In this document: positions 38,820 through 50,516 of the stretch, piece by piece
Layout: every line of letters begins with the position of its first letter
How positions within the stretch are numbered: position 1 is the first letter of the stretch
NCBI RefSeq assembly: GCF_963921235.1
Contig: NC_086100.1
Location: 149,296,001 to 149,360,000 of the forward strand
DNA: 64,000 nt
Direction: 5' to 3'
Source of the DNA: Mobula hypostoma
Lineage: Eukaryota
Program-made: the position numbers and the translations under genes
The notes under the pieces: generated by a model
The model's input: only the letters and a program-made list of their open reading frames with translations
Database searches by the model: none
Told to the model about the DNA's origin: nothing

Positions 38820-41800
38820 CAGTTGAAGTCAGAAGTTTACATACACCTTAGCCAAATACATTGAAACTCAGTTTTTCACAATTCCTGACATTTAATCCTA
38901 GAAAACATTCCCTGTCTTAGGTCAGTTAGGATCAGTACTTCATTTTAAGAATGTAAAATGTCAGAATAACAGTAGAGAGAATGATTTATTTCAGCTTTTA
39001 TTTCTTTCATCACTTTCCCAGTGGGTCAGAAGTTTACATACACTTTGTTAGTATTTGGTAGCATTGCCTTTAAATTGTTTAACTTGGGTCAAATGTTTCG
39101 GATAGCCTTCCACAAGCTTCTCACAGTAAGTTGCTGGAATTTTGTTTCACTCCTCCAGACAGAACTGGTGTAACTGAGTCAGGTTTGTAGGCCTCCTTGC
39201 TCGCACATGCTTTTTCACTTCTGCCCACAAATTTTCTATTGGACTGAGGTCAGGGCTTTGTGATGGCCACTCTAATACCTTGACTTTGTTGTCCTTAAGC
39301 AATTTTGCCACAACTTTGGAGGTATGCTTGGAGTCATTGCCCATTTGGAAGACCCACTTGCAACTGAGCTTTAACTTCCTGTCTGATGTCTTGAGATGTT
39401 GCTTCAATATATCCACATAATTTTCCTTCATCATAATGCCATCTATTTTGTGAAGTGCACCAGTCCCTCCTGCAACAAAGCACCCCCACAACATGATGCT
39501 GCCACACCCATGCTTCACGGTTGGGATGGTGTTCTTTGGCTTGCAAGCCTCACCCTTTTTCCTCCAAACATAACGATGGTCATTATGGCCAAACAGTTCA
39601 GTTTTTGTTTCATCAGACCAGAGGACATTTCTCCAAAAAGTAAGATCTTTGTCCCCATGTGCACTTGCAAACTGTAGTCTGGCTTTTTTTATGGCGGTTT
39701 TGGAGTGGTGCCTTCTTCCTTGCTGAGCAGCCTTTCAGGTTATGTCGATACAGGTTTCCCCCGCCATCCGAAGGTAGAGTGTTCCTATGAAATCCTATGA
39801 AACGGTTCGTAAGCCGAAATGTCATAAAGCGAAGAAGCAATTACCATTTATTTATATGGGAAAATTTTGTGAGCCTTCGCAGACCCAAAACTAACCTACC
39901 AAATCATTCCAAATAACACATAAAACCTAAAATAACAGTAACATATAGTAAAAGCAGGAATGATATGTTGAATACACAGCCTATATAAAGTAGAAATATT
40001 TTTCCACAATCATTACTGAACTGTTCTCCGTTGCGAAAATCTCACGCAAGCGCCGTCGGCAAAAAAACTCACGCATGTGCTGTTGGCAGAAACACTTTCC
40101 AGTAACCTTTAAGCTATGAAGCTGCCACATCATACCCAATAACACGTAAAAATACACAGCCTATATAAAGTAGAAATAACGTATGTACAGTGTAGTATCA
40201 CTTACCATATCAGGAAGACAGAGCCGAGCACACGGATGATGGTGTGTTAGACTGAGTCGTCGCAGGTTGATTGGTGCGGTGACCCCCACCCTACAGGCCG
40301 CCGAGCGATACATTGCCGTGAAGCATGCAGGGGTGCAGCGGTAGCCGGGAGGCACACAGCACATCTTTAAGAAAAAAGCCGAAACAAATATGCTAATTAA
40401 TTAGGTGCTGCCCGGCACGTAATTGTTGGCCCAGATCAGTGCCGATTTCCGATTGTGTCGTCTCTGATCTGGGCTGACAATTACGTGTCGGCGGCACCTA
40501 ATTAATTAGCATGTTTGTTTTGGCTTTTTTCTTAAAGATGTGCTGTGTGCCTCCCTTCTACCGTTGCATTCTTCACGAATCGGTATCTGTCCGCGGCCCG
40601 GGGGTTGGGGTAGTGGGATACTGAGGTGTCATCTCATCATCGTCCGTTTCCATTAGGGCAGGCAGGTCATCTTCTATCTCTGCCCGCCTCGATGTCGACG
40701 GTCGAGGTTCATCGTCTGCTGTGGCTGATGTGGAAGGCTTACTTGACTGCTGAGCCCCGCGCATTTTTCTATCACACAGTTCTTTGTAAGGGCTCAAACC
40801 ATCCTGCAAATATCCCCTAAACCGACGTACCCTTTCAAAATTAAAGTCATACTTTATCATTACTCATTTGGTTTCGAATGTTATCCTTTCCTCTTCCAAT
40901 GGCATTAGCTCTTCATCTGTCAGTTCTTGGCCATGGGATGCCAAAACCTCTTCAACATCATGTTCGTCAGCTTCCACAAACCAAACTCACTTTGTCCTTA
41001 CTTTGTTCACCACGATCGAAACACTTAATTATGTCAAGTTTTACGCTGAGTAACACCCTTACGAGCTCTTTTCGGCCTTTCTGATACCACAGAACTCATC
41101 TTGCAAACGGCTGCTCACAGGCACGTGTTAAAGCAATGCCGTTCCGAATCCCGGGAGAACGGCTGCTCAGGGCGCGCGCTGCCTTTTATCGTGTGCTGAT
41201 TTTTTATTGCGTGCTGCTTTTTGTTTTGTAACAGTGAAAACAGGGTACTAATGTAGGTCTTTTGTAACAGTGAGATTTCGTAAAGCAAACGTTCGAAAAG
41301 CGGGGGACATCTGTATAGGACATGTTTTACTGTGGATACAGATACTTGTCTACCTGTTTCCTCCAGCATCTTCACAAGGTCCTTTGCTGTTGTTCTGGGA
41401 TTGATTTGCACTTTTCGCGCCAAAGTACGTTCATCTCTAAGAGACAGAATGCGTCTGCTTCCTGAGTGATATGACAGCTGCGTGGTCCCGTAGTGTTTAT
41501 ACCTGTGTACTATTGTTTGTACAGATGAACGTGGTACCTTCAGGCATTTGGAAATCTCCCAAGGATGAACCAGACTTGACATCATTTTCTGACCTCAATC
41601 CGACAGAAAATTTGTGGGCAGAACTGAAAAAGCGTGAGCGAGCAAGGAGGCCTACAAACCTGACTCAGTTACACCAGTTCTGTCTGGAGGAATGGAACAA
41701 AATTCCAGCAACTTCCTGTGAGAAGCTTCTGAAAGGCTATCCAAAACATTTGACCAAAGTTAAACAATTTAAAGGCAATGCTACCAAATACTAACAAAGT

Positions 41801-42014
41801 GTACGTAAACCTCTGACCAACTGGGAAAGTGATGAAAGAGATAAAAGCTGAAATAAATCATTCTACCTACTATTATTCTGACATTTCACATTCTTAAGAT
41901 AAAGTAATGATCCTAACTGACCTTAGTCAGGGAATGTTTTCAATGTCAGGAATTGTGAAAAACTGAGTTTCAATGTATTTGGCTAAGGTGAAAGTAAACT
42001 TTTGACTTCAACTG
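38820..42014 (-). mobile_element. Sleeping Beauty-type (salmonid Tc1 subfamily) transposon, rearranged and inactive
   Basis: TA|CAGTTGAAGTC..AGTTTACATACACCTTAGCC IR/DR end and a matching end CAACTG|TA. Transposase fragments KVPRSSVQTIV, KVQINPRTTAKDLVKMLEETG, KHG.GSIMLWGCF.AGGTGALHKIDGIM and VKQFKGNATKY* match SB transposase. Confidence 0.95.
39751..41313 (-). mobile_element. Internally deleted pogo/Tigger-type DNA transposon
   Basis: TA-flanked; imperfect TIRs CAGGTTTCCCCCGC / CAGATGTCCCCCGC. Remnants VTLSVKLDIIKCFDRGE (psq-type HTH), DVEEVLASHGQELTDEELM and DFNFER..LQDGLSPYKEL. Confidence 0.85.
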
Positions 42015-45000
42015 TACAGCTACAATTGTAATTTGTTTAAAAGAAGATGCATCACAATGTATTGCTGCCATAAAACATATTTCATGACATATGCCAGTGA
42101 AATTAAACACAATGCTGATTGTGATTCCGTAAGATATTTTCCCCCAATACCTCCTTACAACTTATGTTAGCATTTGGAATTACCCATCTTATCCATTCTG
42201 CCCTTCTGGCACCTCACATGTCATCAGCAAAGTTAAAAAATCTCAGTGACAGCCCCATAGATTACTTACCTTGCTTCTCTAGCAGCCTAGAAGACATTTC
42301 ATGAGGCCATGGAAACTTATTGAACTTGAAACCCATTAAGACAGATATATAGCTTAGTTGTGCACTTAATATTTTGGCAATATTTGAGTAATATTGTAAA
42401 TATATCGTTTGATTAAGCATCCTTTGTTGTTTATATAATGCATTGCGGTTAATATGTACAAGTATGTGAATGGCATACATCATCACACTACCATGTCATA
42501 AGTGTGAACCTTGCTAAAGGTAAAAAAGTTTACATGAATCTCTTAGGCTCCCTTCTTTCTCTTTCAATTAGTTTTAATGTTTTGGAGTTACAAACATAAA
42601 AGCGGTGAGGAGGAAGTTTTAAATAAGCCTGTTGAAATGCAGTGACACGTTTGAGTTTAAAAAAAAAGTGCAGCGAGACGCCTGAATTGAAAAAAAAGGC
42701 AGAAAATGGACAAATTAACGGGTTCATAATCAGTGAGTATGGGCTGATAATAATCATAGGTTTAAAAAAAAAGAGCAGAAATAGCTGGCTACATCAGAAA
42801 GTTAGATGCGTTCAATTGCACAGTGGATAATTGGCTAATGTATACTGAGTGAATTGAGCAAATGAAATAGCAAATGAAAAGTGAGTGCATATAGTTTACC
42901 TTGAAGTTTAACGGCTCCAACCAAACCATCCAAAATGAACTTTGCTGATATTGTGAAAGTAACGCAGGAACATAAAGAACCAAAACCATTGTTAATTGGA
43001 AAATGCTTTAGGTTTCATAACTGGACTCAAAAGGAAGAGGAGTCCATTTCAATGTACATGGCTGAATTGAAGAAGTTGTCTGAGCATTATCAGTTCAGTG
43101 ATAGGCTTAATGATGCACAGAGAGATTGTTTAGTTTGTAGAATCTCATAAGAAAGCTTTCAAAAATGGCTCGTACCTGAAACACACCTCACATTTAAAAG
43201 AGCAGTTGAAATTGCTTCATCAATGGAAACAGCAGATAGAGATGCAATTGAGTTGCAGTTAAGAATGAAAGTGAGTGTGGACAAAATTGCAACATCGAAA
43301 CAGAAACCAGCCTGGCCAAACAAACTGAGTTACTGTCGTAGCAGGGGCTCACATTAACCAGACCAATACAGGTTTAAAGGCAAAACTTGCAGGAAATGCA
43401 GCAAAGTAGGGCACATAAAAGAGCATGTCAGACAGACAGAAATAAATGAACTGTACAGGGAAAAGAAATAGATAAAATGTCAAGTTGCAAGTTCAAAAAT
43501 GGCAATAATCTGCATGCCTTTGATTACAAATCTGATTATGATAAATGTGACACCGGACTAGGTAGCCCTGAGATTTACATTGTGAAAAGTAAAATGAGCC
43601 TAGCAATACTTACATCAGAAGTGAACAGCAAATTAATTAAAATGGAATTAGACACTATCTTGGTCATTTGTCATTCCACAAAAGGAGTTTGAATGGCATT
43701 TCAAAGATACTGAACAGAAGCCTGTAGACATCCAATTAAGAACTTATAATGGAGAAAAGGTAACTCCTGTGGGAATGACACTAGTAACAATGAAATACAA
43801 CAACTAACAAGTCACATTGGACTTGTATGTGGTAAAAGCAAGAAGGCCAGCGTTGTGGGAACGTGACCGTCTGAGACAACTACAACTTGATTAGAGATCC
43901 ATCCACTACTTGGATGTCACATCCCCTATAATAGAGTTATCTGAAAGCGAGTTAATGAAGGTACTGGATGATGCTACAGCTTTGTTCAAGGATGGCATTG
44001 GAAATCTCAAACAGATCAAGGGTAAGTGTTACATAAAAATGCCACACCCAAGTTTTACAAAGTCTGTTCAGTTCCTTATGCCATCTGTGATAAAGCAGCC
44101 AGTGAACTAGATTGCATGGACATTGAAGGAATTCTTTCCATGGTTGTGTGTAGCCCATGGGTAATGCCAGTCATCCCAGTAGCCAAGAAAAATGGGTCTG
44201 TCAGGATCTGTGGTGATGTTAAGGTCACTATCAATCCAGTACTGAAAGTAGATCAATACTCTCTGCCTAGGATACAGGACGTCTTTGGAAACCTTTCTGG
44301 TGGGAACCATTTTAGCAAAGTGGATTTAGTTGAGGCCTACCTACAGATGGAGATGAAAGAAGAGTCCAAGTGTTTCTCATCATAAACATTCACAAAAGGC
44401 TTTATTTCTATAACAAGCTTATTATTGGAGTAGCACCTGCACTGCATTCTGCCCAAATGTTGCAAAGCTGACCAGGCACTCAGTGTTACCTGGATGACAT
44501 CATTGTTACCAGTAAGGACAACAAGGAACATCTCCAAAATCTTAAAACAGTGTTAAAAAGATTAGAAGACTATGGACTCAGAGCACAATGCAACAAGTGT
44601 GAATTCTTTAAACCAAGCATCACTTACTGTGGTCACACTATCGACACATAAGAATTACACAAGCGTGCTGAGAAAATTCAAACAGTGGTAGATGCCGCAA
44701 AGCCAAAGGAAGTCACACAGTTTCAGTCCTTTTTAGGATATGTCAATTAGTATAACATGCTCCTGCCAAACCTGGCTACTGTGCTCCACCCCTTGAACTT
44801 ACTGCCACGGATCGGGAATGAATAGTAATGGACAAAGCAGTGTGAGGTGGCTTTCCAAAAGATAAAAGAAATGGTGATGTCAGATACTGTACTCACACAT
44901 TATGATCCACATTGTCTAGTGAAGCTTGCCTGTGACACCTCGCCTTATGGTAAGATGCAGTCATGTCACATGTGAGTGATGGAAGTGTATGCCTCATAGC

Positions 45001-46652
45001 CTTTGCATCCAATAACCACTGGGGAGAAAAATTACTTACACATTACAGACCTTGAGTATGGTTTGGGGGGGGGGGGAAGAGTGTAAAACATGTCAGTACT
45101 TGTATGGGAGGGAGTTTATCCTCATTACTAATCATCAAGCACTAGTGTCCATTTTCAATTCACATAAGGGTGTTCCACGAACAGCAGCAGTACAGATGCA
45201 GCAATGGGCTCTGTTTCCCGGAGGACTCAATTACAAGTCTGAATTTAAGAGGACATCTAATCATGGAAGTGTTTATGGACTTTCCTGTTTACCTTGCTGC
45301 TGCTAGTGTGTGGGAAGGGCGGCTTTGGAGTTCTAATGTTTTAACTGTTACTCATTCTTTGGGGCACTCCTCTGTTTTTGTGGATGTCTGTGACAAAAAA
45401 GAACTTCAGGATGTATATTGTATATATTTCTCTGACATTAAGTGTACCTATTGAAACCTATTGAAAAGGATATATCAGAAAAATTTATAAGAGGAACCAC
45501 CTCTTGACATATTCTCCCTAACGCAAATCAAAAGTCTCCGTGTTACAACTGATTCAAAGGGAAACCAGAAAAGACCCCACATGGCCTACATGGTCACACA
45601 AAATGGCTGGAATGTGTAGTAGAAATCCGAGTTACCCCATCTTTATCAGCACTGGGATGAACTTGCCCTTGACAGAGGATGCCTTACAAGGGAATTGAGA
45701 GTTGTTGTACTATCCAGGCTAAGAGCTAAATTATTGGAGAAGCTACATGCCGGTCAACTAGGTGTGGTCAAAGTGAAAGCGGTGCCTTAAGCTTTGTCTG
45801 CTGGCCTGGGATAGATTAGCAAATTGAGCAGCTTGCCATGCACTGTTAAAGGTGCCAACACGTCCAGAAGATCCCAAGGGCAGCACCTCACCATCCCTTG
45901 GAATAGTCTGCATTGCCCTGGCAGAGGATTCAAGCGGATTTTGCCAGACTATTCATGGGCACAAATTTATTGGTAGTTGTAGATGGCCACAAGTTTTCTC
46001 AATAGCCTCCAATACAGCTCTTTTCAAGGATGTGTTCAGTAGTCAGTATCAATGGACCACAGTTTGTTGCCTAACAGTTTCAGTCATTCCTGAAAATGGA
46101 TGAATACGTCATATTACATCTGCACCGTACCACCCGACTACAAATGGCTTGGTGGAAAGGTTTGTTCAAAGTCTACTGAATGTGCTGCAAGCAATGTCAA
46201 CAGAACACACTACACTGACACTGAATCAGAAGCTCGCGAGTTTCTTCCTTGTTTTTCGCAATGCAGCTACTGCACAACCAACAACTTATCAGCTTTGCTG
46301 TTCCTGGGTCGTCCCTAGTGCTCAGGCTTGGATTTTCTCAAATCCAATCTCAGAAGATTTTTTTGCAGGACAAAGAGCTGAGACAAATTGAGCGCTCCTC
46401 AACAAGGAGGTTCGATATTTCACTCCTGGACAAGTTGTTGTGATGAAGGATTCCAAAGGTGATCAAAATTGGGTACTTGAAAGGGTTAAGAACAGAACTA
46501 GACCACTCCCCAACACAGTGGAGATTGCATCTAATGTCATCTGGAGATGACACATTGACCAGTTGAAGAGAGCAGAGTCAATTGTTAGAGAAGAAAGGTG
46601 TCTAGAACTGTCAGAACCACTTTTGCAGTGTCACAGTCAATTCCTACAACCA

Positions 46653-46971
46653 TAGTCATAGTCATACTTTATTGATCCCAGGGGAAATTGGTTTTCGTTA
46701 CAGTTGCACCATAAATGATTAAATAGTAATATGTAAATTATGCCAGGAAATAAGTCCAGGACCAGCCTATTGGGTCAGGGTGTCTGACACTCCAAGGGAG
46801 GAGTTGTAAAGTTTGATGGCCACAGGCAGGAATGACTTCCTATGACGCTCTGTGTTGCATCTTGGTGGAATGAGTCTCTGGCTGAATGTACTCCTGTGCC
46901 CAACCAGTACATTATGTAGTGGATGGGAGACATTGTCCAAGATGGCATTGTCTCCCATCCACTACATAATG
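46653..46971 (-). mobile_element. Rex1-type LINE 3' fragment inside Gypsy, with a 5' fold-back
   Basis: ILDNVSHPLH..RLIPPRCNTERHRKSFLPVAIKLYN; (atgact)n tail; 23-bp inverted repeat at its 5' end. Confidence 0.8.
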
Positions 46972-47418
46972 GAGGATCATGAAGGAGGTCCTAGAACCTG
47001 AGATTGTTACACAGTCACAAGTCTCACCTGCCAAGCAGAGTGATCCTCCTTATCAAGAAAGACATTACCCATAAGAGTAAGAAATCCTCCACCACAATTG
47101 AATATCTAGGCCCGAATTGGCAAATTTAAAATTTACTATCCCTATCATGAACCAGAGGGGCAAGTCAGCATTGGATAAAGTTAATGCTGACTGCTCTTGT
47201 TACCAGCAGGTCTAGCCAGCAAGAGACTGGCCATAGGGAGATCTGGCCAATGAAGGCATTGTGTTTGCACTCCCTAGATTTTGCTCTCATGCTTTGAGAG
47301 CTGGTCTTAATTATTGTTCCTTTACTTTTAGTATGCAATGGATTGTACTCACATTTAAAAAAAATATACATTTATATGGGTGTGTATATAGTTGTATAGT
47401 ATACTGTGTGTAGTTGTA

Positions 47419-47443
47419 ACACACACACACACACACACACACA
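47419..47443. repeat. (CA)n microsatellite
   Basis: Directly visible dinucleotide run. Confidence 0.9.
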
Positions 47444-47766
47444 TGATGTGTACAATAGGTTACATACTGGTATTTGAGTTGAATTGTATTCTATATTGAT
47501 TTGGAGTTTATAGCTAAGCAGGGAGGAGTGTTCTCTATTTAATATTTTAGTAATATTGTAAATATATTGTTTGATTAAGCATTCTTTGTTGTTTACATAA
47601 CCTTTTGTAGGTTAAATGTAAAAGTGCATAAATGGCATATGTCATCAAGCCACCACGTATCAAGTGTGCACCTCGCTAAAAGTAAAAATGAAGTTTACAC
47701 GCATTTCTCGGGCTCCCTTATTTTCGCTTAGATTAATTTTATGTTTTGGAGTTACAAAATATAACA

Positions 47767-47912
47767 GGCTTCTTCCCTTTCTTTTCTGATCCTGATGAAG
47801 GGTCTTCGACCAAAATGTCGATTGTTTATTCATTTCCATTGATTCTGCTTGACCTGCTGAACTTAGTGTGTGTTGCTCTGGATTTCCATCACCTGCAGGA
47901 TTTTTTGTGTTT
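47767..47912 (+). repeat. Penelope terminal-repeat fragment with degenerate hammerhead
   Basis: CTGATGA at 47792-47798, then agggtcttcgacc-aaaatgtcgattg. Confidence 0.65.
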
Positions 47913-49640
47913 AAGACATTAATTAACTCCTTTTTAATGTAATTTCATTGTATCTCTTCCCGACCTCTCTATCTGTTACATCCGTGGTGAATACAGAAGA
48001 CAAGTACTCATTTAAGACTCTACCGGTATCTTCTGGCTCCAAGTACAGTTCTGCACTTCAGTGCTTAATGATTCCAGTTCTTTACCATAAATAATCACCC
48101 CATTTCTCTTAATACAGGTAGGGAATGACTTGAATTTTTTCTTAATGTTGTTGCCCAGTGATACTTCATGCTGCATTTTTCCCCTTTCTAGCTTCTTTCT
48201 TGATTTCACTGCTGCACTTTATGTACATTTGAAGGTCTCTGCATCTGTCCAATGCTTCACTATTTTTAAATCCAGCCCTCAATGCCTCTTGACACCCAGG
48301 GTTCCTTAGACACGTTATCATTACCTTTCACTCCAACTTCCCGTTGTTTCACATTTGAATGATTACCACTTGTCGGTTAGAAATTTACCAGCAAGTTACT
48401 GCTCCAGGCCTAATTTTGCCAGGTCTTGTCCTATGACATTGAAGTAAGTCTCCTTCCAACTCAGGACAACCTTTATTTCCTTTCGTTACTACCTCACCCT
48501 CATCTCCAAGACGCTCTCACACTTAAAGTTCAACCTTCTTATCTGGGTATATTCCACAATATTATATCCAGTATTCCCCCTTCTGGTAGGACAATCAACA
48601 TACAAATTGGAAAAAGTCCTGGATGTATTTTGAAAAATTCCTCCCTCTTCACATTAAGCCAATCCCAACTGATAATGGAGAAGCTGGAATCCCCAAACTT
48701 CTACAAATTGTCACTCGTACACATCTCTGTGGGTTCTCTATACGTCTTCTCCTTTATTTCCCACTGAATGTTAGGAGGCTTGCAATTTACCTTCAGCAAA
48801 GAGAACATTTTCCCACATAACCACATTCAGTACGTCAGCCTTTTTGGTAATAAGAGAATTGGGAGATTTGATGGACCTGTGAGAGAATAGTCTTCAGGGA
48901 AATAAGTGAGGGAACAGGACTGAAATGATTTCTCTGATAGCCAACACAGTGGCTCAGTAGGCTAAATGGTGTCACACTACATCATAAAGAAATCTGAGAA
49001 AATATGAGAAGAATAAAACAAGAGTTATAGAGTAATCCAACATAAAGAGGCCTTTCGATCAATCATATGCATGCTGACCATCAAGTGTCTGTCTGCACTA
49101 ATGTCCATTGCCTTTCATGATTTGTTGATTTATGTGGAAGATACTTACGTGCTGTGAGAGCCCCAGCCTCACTTAGCCAGTATGTTCCAGAATATCTCAT
49201 GGTTGTCAGAGACAACAACGCCGGCACAGTATTTACCCAACCCTAGGGAGTGGTTACATGCTGCACCAAGTATAAAAATTCAGTGCTGGTTACACTTCCT
49301 TCCTCCAGCCTGACCATTACTGAATGGATCAAATTATATGATATGGGCAGAATGGCAGAAAAGAGCTATAAATGACTATAAAATGTCACCCCAACATACA
49401 GCTTCCCTCTATAGATGGTCTCACCAACCTTTAGGCTCTAAAAATACCCATTTATTTTCAAAAAGACCATTACAAATGGAAGTAGTTAACAAAGATGTAA
49501 GCTTAATGAATTTATATATGCTCACAGTCAACTGTTTGGGGCACTTGCATACCAAAAGCCTTGAGTTAGTCAAAAAGCAGAATATAAAACCTTGATACTA
49601 TAACCTTTCAATAATTGAGTCTACATCTCATAAGACTTAC

Positions 49641-49857
49641 CATTATCCAATGTGTTCACACAACCCCAAATTGTACTTTGTAATCTAGCTGTTAGCTCTT
49701 CTTTTTGCAAAGATGTCAACATAGCATCTCTGGTGAGAGAGTCCAGGACAGATGTCACCACCTTCAATTTGTCTCTGTTTTCCTGCTGAGCAAGCCGCTT
49801 GAGGAAATAAAGGCGTTTTGCCATGAACTTCCAACGCATCAACTTATCTACAATAAC
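49641..49857 (-). CDS. EVC: EVC exon (human exon 9 equivalent)
   Basis: actag|...|gtaagt, 217 nt. VIVDKLMRWKFMAKRLYFLKRLAQQENRDKL...LTSLQKEELT matches human MAKVIEFLKLQVQEE..QKEELL. Confidence 0.9.
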
Positions 49858-50232
49858 CTAGTTAATGAAAAGTAAATGAAAAGTAGGTGATTGTAATAAA
49901 GTTTAACTTTTGATACGTATTGTAAATCATTATCAATATATGGTTATATAACATAGCTACACAGTTATAGAATAAGTATTTATAACTTTGCTGATTTAAT
50001 GTGGTTGTAGTGATTTTCTTCTAGTGTTTTAGACCACACTGGTCTAGTGTTTGGGCTAACTATTGCTGGAAGTTCTCACTGAATTTAAAGTTTATAATAA
50101 AACAACTGTTACAATATATCACATTTCTTCTATGGCTAGTAAATTGCATGAGTGGCAAGCACTTTTCATCTCTATCTAAGAGCATATGTTTAAGAGCTCC
50201 AAATTATTTGGATAAGTGATGGATTAGGGTAC

Positions 50233-50516
50233 AGTCAGATTTGGGAACAGCTTCTTTCCAACTGTGATAAGACTGCTCAATGGATCCTGACCCGGATCTG
50301 GGCTGTACCCTCCAAATATCCGGACCTGCCTCTCGGTTTTTTTGCACTACCTTACTTTCCATTTTTCTATTTTCTATTTATGATTTATAATTTCAATTTT
50401 TAACATTTACTATCGATTTGTAATCCAGGGAGCGGGAAGCACAGAATCAGATATTGCTGTGATGATTGTTATGTTCTAGTATCAATTGTTTGGCGACAAT
50501 AAAGTATAAAGTATAG
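50233..50516 (+). mobile_element. Short LINE 3' end (Rex1/L2-type)
   Basis: gggaacagcttctttccaactgtgataagactgct start; aataaagtataaagtata tail. Confidence 0.6.

Larger units (their letters stand above)
38432..42127 (+). mobile_element. Rex1/L2-type LINE 3' end (38432-38819 plus 42015-42127) split by the Tc1 element
   Basis: ESLLTDCITIWYG motif; its 3' UTR continues after 42016 and resembles the copy at 24308-24680. Confidence 0.75.
42356..47766 (+). mobile_element. Full-length decayed Gypsy/Ty3 LTR retrotransposon
   Basis: LTRs at about 42356-42601 and 47529-47766; PPT agcagggaggag before the 3' LTR. Order is gag (CRKCSKVGHIKRAC), PR (MELDT), RT (GSVRICGD, YLDDII), RNase H (ACDTSPYG), IN (SAPYHPTTNGLVERFVQ). 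Confidence 0.92.
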
